A stretch of 64,000 bases of DNA from an uncultured delta proteobacterium. Its GTDB lineage: Bacteria; Desulfobacterota; Desulfobacteria; Desulfobacterales; UBA2156. Below, one piece after another: positions 10,082 through 18,790 of the stretch. The position numbers and the translations under genes are program-made. The first letter of the stretch is position 1, and the number at the start of each line of letters is the position of its first letter. The notes under the pieces were generated by a model that was given only the letters and a program-made list of their open reading frames with translations, was not told where the DNA came from and did not search any database. The DNA lies in assembly GCA_963736855.1 (NCBI GenBank), contig CAVTQK010000021.1, positions 224,001-288,000 of the forward strand. The letters run 5' to 3'.

Positions 10082-12391
10082 TCAGCGACCCAATGAAGGA
10101 TTTCGTGACATACCCATCGAACTCATCATCCAGGCGATGGCGTAACATCCGGCTCCAGCGAGAAAGACCCAGGTAAAGCCCGCGGCCACGGCAAGGGCCA
10201 CGCCGCCTATCGAGCCAACGACCGAAGCCACGCCGTTAATACCCCACAGAACCGATGCCGATGTTTCCGGTTGGCCCGGTGCCCCGGATGTGGATCGCCG
10301 GAGCCCCAGGGGAAACGGCATGCCCATGAAGAAGCCGAACGGGAAGACGGATGCCGCTGTTAAGAGAATCCGCAGATGCAGGCTCAGCGGCAGGGCGGCA
10401 CGAACCAAGAGAGGCAGCGTAGACGCGGCTAGAATCATCAGGAGGATCACCACGGGGAAAATCCGGCCCAGTGCCTGAGGAATTCTCTCGGGTGTGAATC
10501 GTCTTGCGAATAAGCTTCCCAAGGCTCCTGAAAGGAGTATCGTGAACAGAATCACGACTAGTGAGTAAATTGGATGACCGAGAAGCAGAATGAGCCGCTG
10601 AATCAAGGCGACTTCGCATATAATGAATCCCCCGCCCAGCGCTGCGAAGTAGGCGACTGTTTTGGGGCCGGGCGCCTGGAAGCCCAAGAAGCGACTGCCC
10701 AGGAGCAACAGAATGGTGAATCCCAGGACAGCAATCACCGGCAGGCAGAACAGACCGACCATGAATCTGGGAATTCCGAAGGGCTTGTCGGTAGCAAAAT
10801 AAAACGGCCGGTCGTCGTACACCGGTGTGGCCAGCGTATGGAAGCTCTGAGTATATTGGTCGAAACTCGTTTTTCCTGAAAAGAGGTTGCTGTACGCGGG
10901 CTCTGATTCCCGGTTCGGAACCCAGAGGATATGGGGGTCGGCATGCCCCGCCAGAAGTGCGTCCGCTATTGACGGGGTTATCTGGGATCGGCTGAGCATG
11001 AAGACGGTTTCAACGGGCTCATTTCCCAGGGGTCGGCGTTGTGATACGGCCAGGATATGATTGCCGGCCTGGCTCGTGTTCAGTCCGCGTTGTGCCAGCA
11101 GGGAGACTGAATTGGCCACCAGCCGGGGCACGTCCATGGGCCAGCGAATGATTGCGATGGCGCCTCGATCGGTGAGATGGTCGAAATACGAGGCCAGGGC
11201 ATCGCGGGTGTAAAGGTAGTTTTCTGTCAGTGAAAGCCCGCCGCTGGTGACTGAAGCCCACGAGTCGACGAACCCCAGGACGATCAAGTCATAACGCTCG
11301 GCTGTTCGTTCGATGAAATTACGACCTTCATCCATGACCAGTTGAACCTTGGGGTGATCATACAAATTTCCGGCCTGATCCCCCCACGCCCGCACGCAGT
11401 CCACGATCAGCGGGTTCATCTCCACGGCCGTGACTTTGGGGCTCCCCGCACAGATTGCGAGTACCACATCAGTTCCGCCGCCCGGACCAATAACCAGTAC
11501 CCGCGGCTCTCGGGACAGTCTGAAAGGAAACGCCCGGAACCAATCTGCTGCATCCTCGATGCCGTTCGGCCGGCCGTTCCAGCGCAGGATGTCGGTCCAG
11601 GCATCGCTGTCGATGAACAGGCGGGCGAGGTGAAAGTTGTCAAAGTCGCTTACCGAACTGATACGCGAATAAGCATTCCAGCGGTCGAAAATAATCCGGC
11701 TGCCTGGTTTCGATCGCAACAACTGGTAAAGACCTTTGCTGGGGGCATCCCGAATGACCAGGGTTTGGGTGCGGTTGTTCCACAGGGTCAGCGAAGTCGT
11801 GGCGATCAGAGCCAAAAGCGAGAGGAACAACCATAGGCTCCTTTTTTGACGACCTATCTCCATACTCAACAGCACAGCGGCAAGGGAAGGCAAGATCGCT
11901 GTAGCCAGAATAGCTGTTTCCGCTCCTAAGCGGCTGATAACCAGCGGGACCATCAGCGTCCCCAAAGCCGCGCCTCCCAAGTCGGCAAAATAAAGGCGGT
12001 TCGAGTCACCGCGATAGGCATCGAACATCAGGCTGAGCGTCGCCCCGCCTGCGATGAACGGAAGGAGTCCCATGGCGAAATAGAAGTTCAATCGCTCGGG
12101 GGTGAAGGGAAACTGCAGAATTCCATAAGGGAAAAGGGGCAACACGATCGCAAATAGGATCGAAAGGACTATCAGAATAGGTGACAGGAGATTCTCCAGG
12201 CGGGCCAGCCGCAATATGTAGACCAGAAATCCGCCGAGCCCCCAACCGAAGAGGGCGACGGAGATGGCAACGAAGGTATAATGGTACCAAATAGCCGCCG
12301 AAAAGATCCGCGTCAGGGTCAGCTCAAAGACCAGCCCGGCGGCAGACAGCATGACCACAGACGCCAGGACCGTTGCCGATGCTCGCTTCAT
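10082..12391 (-). CDS. Membrane-bound spermidine-synthase-like / class I SAM-dependent methyltransferase
   Basis: N- and C-terminal multi-TM blocks flanking VLVIGPGGGTDV, VTAVEMNP, DEGRNF, ENYLYT; GGAGG upstream of ATG 12391. Confidence 0.8.
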   Translation of the reverse strand: MKRASATVLASVVMLSAAGLVFELTLTRIFSAAIWYHYTFVAISVALFGWGLGGFLVYILRLARLENLLSPILIVLSILFAIVLPLFPYGILQFPFTPERLNFYFAMGLLPFIAGGATLSLMFDAYRGDSNRLYFADLGGAALGTLMVPLVISRLGAETAILATAILPSLAAVLLSMEIGRQKRSLWLFLSLLALIATTSLTLWNNRTQTLVIRDAPSKGLYQLLRSKPGSRIIFDRWNAYSRISSVSDFDNFHLARLFIDSDAWTDILRWNGRPNGIEDAADWFRAFPFRLSREPRVLVIGPGGGTDVVLAICAGSPKVTAVEMNPLIVDCVRAWGDQAGNLYDHPKVQLVMDEGRNFIERTAERYDLIVLGFVDSWASVTSGGLSLTENYLYTRDALASYFDHLTDRGAIAIIRWPMDVPRLVANSVSLLAQRGLNTSQAGNHILAVSQRRPLGNEPVETVFMLSRSQITPSIADALLAGHADPHILWVPNRESEPAYSNLFSGKTSFDQYTQSFHTLATPVYDDRPFYFATDKPFGIPRFMVGLFCLPVIAVLGFTILLLLGSRFLGFQAPGPKTVAYFAALGGGFIICEVALIQRLILLLGHPIYSLVVILFTILLSGALGSLFARRFTPERIPQALGRIFPVVILLMILAASTLPLLVRAALPLSLHLRILLTAASVFPFGFFMGMPFPLGLRRSTSGAPGQPETSASVLWGINGVASVVGSIGGVALAVAAGFTWVFLAGAGCYAIAWMMSSMGMSRNPSLGR

Positions 12392-12679
12392 CGTTGCCTC
12401 CACATCTTAATCCCAGGTGTTTTCCGAATCATAATCCCATGGTTTATTTTTAGGAAGGACATCTTTCCAATAATTTTGCTTTTTTGTAAATACAAAACGA
12501 ATAATCCCATAAGATTGGGGGCGGTCATCCCATCAGCCGGTCGTTTCCTGCTTGAACGGCGAAATCTTTTGGTATACGAATGGAATATATATCGTTTGTC
12601 GAAATCCTTTGCAGCTTTCATGAGACCGATCCTTGCTAGAAACCATTTTCGGATATCGAGGAGAGAAGGAGGATTTTCA

Positions 12680-14134
12680 ATGAAAAAACGTTTAATCGGG
12701 CTTGCCGTATTCTTCGTGTTTTTTTCGATACATTTTGGAGAAACGGTTCGAGGTGTCCATGCAAGTGATCAAAAACCGGAAACACTGTCGAGCGATCTTT
12801 CCAACCAGACAGGCGTTGCCATAACGATATACAACGTCAATCTAGGCCTTGTTAAAGACCAGAGAGAAATAAAGCTTCCCAAGGGAACCGGTGAATTGCG
12901 ATTCATGGACGTGGCATCCAAGATCATTCCCTCCAGCGTCCACATCAAATCCCTTGCGGATGCCGAAAGTCTTCGAATCCTCGAACAGAATTATGAGTAC
13001 GATCTGCTGAATCCCCAGAAGTTATTGGATAAGTATGTGGGAAAGGAAGTGAAGCTTTATTCCAAAAACAGTTATACCGAGCGGGAAGAGGTGATGACGG
13101 CAAAACTTCTCTCCAACAACGGCGGCCCCATTTTCCGGATCGGAGATGAAATCACCTTCGGCCATCCCGGACGTATCCTGTTTCCTGGAGTGCCGGAAAA
13201 CCTCATCTCCAAGCCCACTCTGGTCTGGCTTCTGGAAAATACCCTGCCTGTCCAAAAAGTCGAAGCAACCTATCTGACGGAAGGCATTACGTGGAGGGCC
13301 GACTATGTCGTGACCTTGAATGAGACAGACGACCGGTCGGATCTTTCGGGTTGGGTGACCATTGACAATAAGAGCGGCGCAATATTCCAAAATGCCAAAC
13401 TCAAACTCGTGGCCGGAGACGTCAACCGTGTCCAGGAAAAGCTGGAATATGAGGACCGGGGGCAACGCAGGCAAAAGCTTGCAGCGATGCCTGCCGCCCC
13501 CCAATTCAAAGAAGAGGAATTTTTCGAATATCATATTTATACGCTTCAGAGATCCTCCACCATCAAGGAGAATCAGACCAAGCAGATCAGTCTGTTGACC
13601 GCCGAACGCGTCCCGGTGAAAAAAGAAATGGTCTTTCAGGGCGCAAAGTTTTACTACTATAACCGTCAGGGCGAACAGATGTCGAATCAGAAGGTCGGCG
13701 TGTTTGTCCGGATCGAAAACCGGAAAGAGAATAATATGGGGATGCCGCTGCCCAAGGGGATCGTACGGGTTTATAAATCCGACAGTGAAGGCGGACTTCA
13801 GTTTATCGGCGAAGACAGCATCGACCATACCCCCAAGGACGAAAAAATCAAGATCAAGCTCGGGGAGGCATTCGATGTGGTCGGGTCCCGTAAGCAGACG
13901 GATTGGACAAAACTAGCCTCCGACACCTATGAGGCGGCGTTTGAAATCTCCTTGAGGAATCATAAAAAAGAAGACGTAACGGTCAAAGTCATCGAGCCGA
14001 TCCCGGGGGACTGGAAAATGCTCAGCGAATCTCATCCATATACAAAGAGCGAAGCGTTCACCGCTGAATTCAATATCTCCGTGCCCAAAGACAAAGAGGT
14101 CAAGCTGACCTATCGGGTCAGGATGCGGTTTTGA
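12680..14134 (+). CDS. Secreted DUF4139-domain protein
   Basis: AGGAGG before ATG 12680; signal peptide; TIYN...LVKD, YEYDLL, YLTEGITWRADY, LVAGDVN, IDHTPKDE. Confidence 0.8.
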   Translation: MKKRLIGLAVFFVFFSIHFGETVRGVHASDQKPETLSSDLSNQTGVAITIYNVNLGLVKDQREIKLPKGTGELRFMDVASKIIPSSVHIKSLADAESLRILEQNYEYDLLNPQKLLDKYVGKEVKLYSKNSYTEREEVMTAKLLSNNGGPIFRIGDEITFGHPGRILFPGVPENLISKPTLVWLLENTLPVQKVEATYLTEGITWRADYVVTLNETDDRSDLSGWVTIDNKSGAIFQNAKLKLVAGDVNRVQEKLEYEDRGQRRQKLAAMPAAPQFKEEEFFEYHIYTLQRSSTIKENQTKQISLLTAERVPVKKEMVFQGAKFYYYNRQGEQMSNQKVGVFVRIENRKENNMGMPLPKGIVRVYKSDSEGGLQFIGEDSIDHTPKDEKIKIKLGEAFDVVGSRKQTDWTKLASDTYEAAFEISLRNHKKEDVTVKVIEPIPGDWKMLSESHPYTKSEAFTAEFNISVPKDKEVKLTYRVRMRF

Positions 14135-14465
14135 GCCGTATGCCGGGATATTTTCCTGCCTGAGGATCTGAAGAAATTCTCGGTTAAAGATGAAGGATTC
14201 AGATCGCTTTTTTCTTTTGCAGTGCACACGGGAACCAGGATAATAAAATATTTAAACGCTTTATATTCGAATCCTTCCAATGCTTGATCCATAATACTAC
14301 CGGCTTCAGGCGGCTGGCAGTTTATTTATCCATTATATAGATCGGAAAGTCCGGGACGGCTTCCGGAATAATGTGTGGGTTTCTGCCTGCCGCCGGTTAA
14401 CTTTCTAAACCGTTTAGTGATATACCGATCCAGCTTTTTAATAGTAATTGAATCGGCCTGCCAGG

Positions 14466-14495
14466 AAAAAAGGCAAAGCGGAAACCCGCCTTGCC
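14466..14495 (-). terminator. Rho-independent terminator of the Rieske/cytochrome b operon
   Basis: Minus strand GGCAAGGCGG-GTTT-CCGCTTTGCC followed by T6, about 20 nt after the stop at 14516. Confidence 0.8.
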
Positions 14496-14515
14496 ATCTC
14501 AAAAACCCCGGCAAC

Positions 14516-15511
14516 TCAGCGCTTGAAATCCAACACCAGACTGCGAGTGGCCTTGGAATGGTCGGCGCCGCTATCATCAAAAACAGCGATAGCGAAGCTG
14601 AATCTCTTGCGGACGTCGAAGGCGACATCGTCTTCCTGGCCGGTGTTGAATTTTCGGTGCAGCATGACCGTCCAGCGGCCGGTGGCATACCGGCTGTCGA
14701 CCTTGACATCGAACCGTGATCCGCTCGGCTTCACGGGGAGGCGGTAGGGGATCACGTCGCCCGCCTTGAAGATAGAGTAGTCCGTGATGGGGACGGCTTC
14801 CTCCAGGAGCAAGAACCCGAGCACCGAAGGTTTGCGAGCAGGATCCTGCATGTAAAGCGGGTGGGAACCGTCGGGGGTTTCATTTTTAACATCCCCGCCG
14901 CTGCCCGCATCGTTTCTCCGGCCGGTTTCGCGGTAGGACCCGGACGGATTGCCCGCCACGGTGAGCCATCCGTCATCGGCATGTCGGTAGGGCGCCGAGC
15001 GAGCTGCCTTCCAATGCCAGAGATCGCCCTTTTCAGACGGGCTTTCCGTGGATAGGTTCCACTTGTTACGGGGCAGATCCGCCGGGCTATGACAGACGAC
15101 CGTACAGCTGCGCGATGAAAAATAGTTGATCCGTTCGATTTCAAACAGTAGCGCTATCCGGTCTTCGTCCCCCCTGAGGTGAACCCATTTTCCCCCGTCA
15201 AACTGCCACGACTCCTTGGTGACGCTGTAGGTCGGATCAGCCCAGCTGAGCAGGAAGTAAAGTTCGCTGTCCGTATAGAGGGCCCGGATCGAAACTATTT
15301 CCTTGACGTCGGCCATCTCCAGGCGGCCTGCAACAGGAACCTGACCCGGAGCGGCACGCTGCCAGGCAGGGTCATCGATCCCGGCCGGCGGTGTCTTGAC
15401 ATACCGGGCGGTTATCGTCATGACTCCGGCATCATCCGGAGAGGGTGCCGCCGCGAACACAATGGCAGCGCCCAAAAGTGCAGCGATCCCCGCGATCAAC
15501 CACTTAGACAT
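14516..15511 (-). CDS. Periplasmic EB_dh/DMSO-reductase-type heme-binding protein with CX3CH motif (paralog 2)
   Basis: Signal peptide; W-D-T, DEDRIAL, CTVVCH, DLWHWKAAR, GRWTV..RK, DDVAF, FAIAVFD. Confidence 0.8.
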   Translation of the reverse strand: MSKWLIAGIAALLGAAIVFAAAPSPDDAGVMTITARYVKTPPAGIDDPAWQRAAPGQVPVAGRLEMADVKEIVSIRALYTDSELYFLLSWADPTYSVTKESWQFDGGKWVHLRGDEDRIALLFEIERINYFSSRSCTVVCHSPADLPRNKWNLSTESPSEKGDLWHWKAARSAPYRHADDGWLTVAGNPSGSYRETGRRNDAGSGGDVKNETPDGSHPLYMQDPARKPSVLGFLLLEEAVPITDYSIFKAGDVIPYRLPVKPSGSRFDVKVDSRYATGRWTVMLHRKFNTGQEDDVAFDVRKRFSFAIAVFDDSGADHSKATRSLVLDFKR

Positions 15512-15531
15512 GGCCCACCTCTTTCAGTGCC

Positions 15532-16611
15532 TTAATGTTCAGGCGTCACGAAGTGCTCGATATACCCCATGACGGACAGAACCGCCACTGCGGCCAGAAC
15601 TAGTGCCGCCGCAACCATCACGCCTATGCGCTTGGAAGGACGGCGTTCGGACGTGCGGTCCAGGAAGGGCAACGCCCCAAGTAAAAATACCAGCCCCCCG
15701 GGAATGATCGCCGATCCGAGAACCATGAACGGGCCTTTAAAAATCGAGACCAGTTGGTTCAGAAACAACACCCACCACTCCGGGCGGGGAATAAACGCAG
15801 AATCGGTCGGATCGGCCGGATCACCCAAGGCAGCCGGCCATTGCCAGGCAACCAGGCCCAGTGCGATCGCCGACACAATAAGAACCGCCAGCCAGCGGTT
15901 GAAAATGGCCGGCATGAAAGGAACTTTCGGCCTTGGGGTCGCATTGGCCGACAGGGGTCCCGAAAGCCCCCGGGTCGCCATTAAATACAGGTGTAAGCCG
16001 ATCAGCAGAACGAGGGCGCAGGGCAACAGGAGGATATGCAGAACATAAAGGCGGGTCAAGGCGACGATTCCAGTCAGGGAGCCGCCGCGAAACAATTGGA
16101 CGAGAAAATCCCCGGCCAACGGAATGGAGCCGATGATGCTGAAGCGCACCTGGGTGGACCAATATCCTTTCTGGTCCCAGGGCAGCAGGTCGCCGGTGAT
16201 GATGAACAGCGGCATCAGCAGAAGAAACAACACTCCCGAGATCCAGACGAGTTGACGCGGCGACTTATAGGCTCCAACGACCAAAGCACGAAGCAGGTGA
16301 AGCCCCATGACCACCAGCAGGAGGTTCCAGGCATAGTGATGCATCCCGCGGACCACGTTTCCCAAAGGCAGGCTGAACTGAAAATAATCGACACTGTCAT
16401 AGGCTGTGCCCGGAACCGGGGTGTAGACAAAGGCCATCAATGCCCCGGAAAGGAACAGCAGGCAAATCAGCGCCAACTGCAGAGCGCCGAAGAACCGGTG
16501 CCAGCAGATGGTGTCGGCCGGTGCCTCCATCTGGAGCAGTTTTGCAAAACCTTCCCGGGCCGCTGCAACGGGCGATCTCTGTTCCGAGCCGTTAAACTCC
16601 GCTTTGGTCAT
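15532..16611 (-). CDS. Cytochrome b of a Rieske/cytochrome b complex (b6 and subunit IV fused)
   Basis: AYDSV, RGMHHY..LHLLR heme ligands, TGDLLPWDQKGYW, LHILLLP..LHL, ADP..PRPEWW (PEWY variant). Confidence 0.93.
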   Translation of the reverse strand: MTKAEFNGSEQRSPVAAAREGFAKLLQMEAPADTICWHRFFGALQLALICLLFLSGALMAFVYTPVPGTAYDSVDYFQFSLPLGNVVRGMHHYAWNLLLVVMGLHLLRALVVGAYKSPRQLVWISGVLFLLLMPLFIITGDLLPWDQKGYWSTQVRFSIIGSIPLAGDFLVQLFRGGSLTGIVALTRLYVLHILLLPCALVLLIGLHLYLMATRGLSGPLSANATPRPKVPFMPAIFNRWLAVLIVSAIALGLVAWQWPAALGDPADPTDSAFIPRPEWWVLFLNQLVSIFKGPFMVLGSAIIPGGLVFLLGALPFLDRTSERRPSKRIGVMVAAALVLAAVAVLSVMGYIEHFVTPEH

Positions 16612-16643
16612 AGCACTCCATCCCGGGTATCCGGTTGATCAAA

Positions 16644-16779
16644 AGGATAGAAAAACAAGCTACACACCGTCAGACCAGGCGCGCGGCATTTTGGAAAGCG
16701 CAGCATATTTAACGATATGTGAGCATTCCCAAACGCCGCGCAACGTCGGATCACATCTGGAGGCGCTATTTTTTAGCCT
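16644..16779. repeat. REP/MITE-like palindromic element inside the bc operon
   Basis: caggcgcgcggc...gcatat-n-atatgt...gccgcgcaacg core with imperfect terminal IRs aggatagaaaaa / tttttagcct. Confidence 0.55.
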
Positions 16780-16783
16780 CTTG

Positions 16784-17774
16784 CTATTTCTTGAACTCGA
16801 GGGTCAAGACCTCTGAATCATACGAATCATGGTCCTTGGAGTCGTCGAACAACGCCATGGCGAAGCTGTATTTCTTCGTGGGATTAAAAGCCACATCGTC
16901 ATCGTGTCCCGGTGTCTATCTTGCGGGAGAGAATTACCGTCCATGTGCCGTCGGCATAACGGCTGACGGCCTTGATGTCAGCGAACGACCCTTCCGCGGC
17001 TACCGGCATCCTGAAAGTGACGACGTCGCCGGCCTTGAAGACTGAATAGTCGGTGATTTCAACTGCGTCCGCCGCCAGCAGGATGCCGTTCTTGCCGAAT
17101 TTCTTGCCCGGGGCAAGCATGTACATGGGTTTGGACTTGTCAGTGGTCATGTTTTGCTTGTCGCCGCCCTTGCCGTCATCCCCCTTACGGCCGCCCTTGG
17201 TGTCGCTGATTTTGGCCAGGTAGCCGTCATCGGCGTAGCCGGCAGGGTCGGAGCGGGCCGCCTTCCAGTGCCACAGGTCGCCTTTCTCGGCATCGGTCGC
17301 GGTCCCGAACTTGCCCTCCTTGGCGTTGGGCGCTCCCGGCGGGACGTGGCACGTCACCGCGCAGCCCTTGGTGGCGAAGTTGTTGATGCGGTTGATCTCG
17401 AACAGAAGCGAAATCCGGTCCTCGTCGCCCTTCAAGTGGGTCCAGGCCTTCCCGTCGAACTTCCAGGCCTCCTTGGTCATGCTCTGGGTGGCATCTTTCC
17501 AGTTGAACCAAAGGTAGATTTCATTGTCCGTAAAGACGGCTTTGGTGTTCACAGCCGTTTTTTTGCCCGCGAATATCTCCTTGCCGTCGAAGGGCACCTC
17601 GAGCGCCTTGATTTTCACCCACACGGGGTCATCCAGACCGGTGGGGGCGGCTTTCGAGTAAGCGGCGGTCAAGGTCTGTTTGGCGGCCCCAGTGACGTTG
17701 TTTGAGAAAAAAACCAAGCCAAGTACGCTCAGCAGGACACACGTCAGGACACCCAGTTTCATTGGTTTCTGCAT
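16784..17774 (-). CDS. Periplasmic EB_dh-type heme-binding protein with CX3CH motif (paralog 1), one frameshift near 16909
   Basis: CAVTCH, DEDRISL, DLWHWKAAR; removing one G gives TGHDDDVAFNPTKKYSFAMALFDD..LEFKK*, collinear with paralog 2 (~329 aa). Confidence 0.8.
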
Positions 17775-17808
17775 CGAATACCTCCTTCGGCCCGATGCCG
17801 GGCGCGGG

Positions 17809-18321
17809 TTAAAGTGTAATTTGAACCAACAGCTTGCCCTCTTCTACCTTGTGCGGAAGGAGCGAAAGCGGCTTTTTCGGCGGTCCGGATGCCGGTTGTC
17901 CTTCCGGGTCGAACCGGCCGGTGTGGCAAGGGCACTCGAACATTCGGGTGTCTTTTCTCCAGATGACATTGCAGGCCAGATGCGAACAGATTGAAGAAAA
18001 GACTTTGACGCCGTGCTGGGCATCGGCCTTGGCCCAGACAAACCCCCGCTGTGGGAGGTCAACCCAGCCGTCCTTCACCATGAACTCAAAGGACAGCATG
18101 CTGAAATCATTCGGGGTCAGCATGTCTGCTTTGCCGAAATCGACCCATTTGCCGACGCCTTTTTTAAGAGAGGGGATAACAATGGTCGACACCATGGGGA
18201 TGGCCGCCAGAACGGCCGCGCCGCCTGCTAGAACAGAAGTCGTGATGAAGGTGCGGCGCGAAATGTTGAACTGATTTTCCACCGTGGGTTTTTGAGGAAG
18301 GGTGAGAGGGTTCTCGGCCAT
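17809..18321 (-). CDS. Rieske [2Fe-2S] protein
   Basis: Tat motif SRRTFI; boxes CSHLAC and CPCHTG; GPP motif. Confidence 0.95.
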   Translation of the reverse strand: MAENPLTLPQKPTVENQFNISRRTFITTSVLAGGAAVLAAIPMVSTIVIPSLKKGVGKWVDFGKADMLTPNDFSMLSFEFMVKDGWVDLPQRGFVWAKADAQHGVKVFSSICSHLACNVIWRKDTRMFECPCHTGRFDPEGQPASGPPKKPLSLLPHKVEEGKLLVQITL

Positions 18322-18360
18322 GGCTATCCTGTTCTAGTTGATAGGGGCTCGCTTTTGGGG

Positions 18361-18496
18361 GGTCATCGGTTGCCTGAGGGCTTGATTGTGGTCCGGCTGC
18401 CTGCTTGCCCCAACATATGGGAACGCTGCTTCGCCCCCGACAACGGTCAGACCGATATCACCCACTTCCGTGGTTGTCAACAATGAACATGCGTCC
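18361..18496 (-). promoter_or_regulatory. Duplicated promoter + structured 5'-leader element, copy 1 (before Rieske gene)
   Basis: About 90% identical by hand alignment to 33732-33868; TTGACA-N17-TATCGG with TG extension, then long hairpin. Confidence 0.75.
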
Positions 18497-18550
18497 GCAG
18501 AAATTCTCGGTGACTGGTTCCATGTGATTAAGCGAGGGACGAGGTAGGGG

Positions 18551-18583
18551 TCATCGGAAATTCCCCCACATATGGTGCATCGA
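18551..18583 (-). pseudogene. 33-bp remnant of the flavin reductase gene
   Basis: tcatcggaaattcccccacatatggtgcatcga is identical to 34160-34192 (codons for DAPYVGEFPM). Confidence 0.8.
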
Positions 18584-18790
18584 TGATTTAAGATTCATGG
18601 CCCGGGTCGCGTTTCGGTCGGTTGTATTCGGTTCCGAGGCTACTCCCGGTTGTGGTTCGGCAACTGCGCAGCACCTCCTCTGCACCGAGAAAGACCATAC
18701 CAGCGCATGCCAAAAAGCTTGGGGAGCTTCCCGACAGGCCCTGCTCAGCCATCCGCGCGGAGCAAAGAAAGAAATCTTCGGGAGGCCTGA

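Noticed and set aside
16494..16510. Cys in cytochrome b N-terminus (ICWHRFFG) as heme ci attachment site
   Set aside because: Spacing differs from the CxGG motif of b6-type proteins; cannot be supported without alignment.
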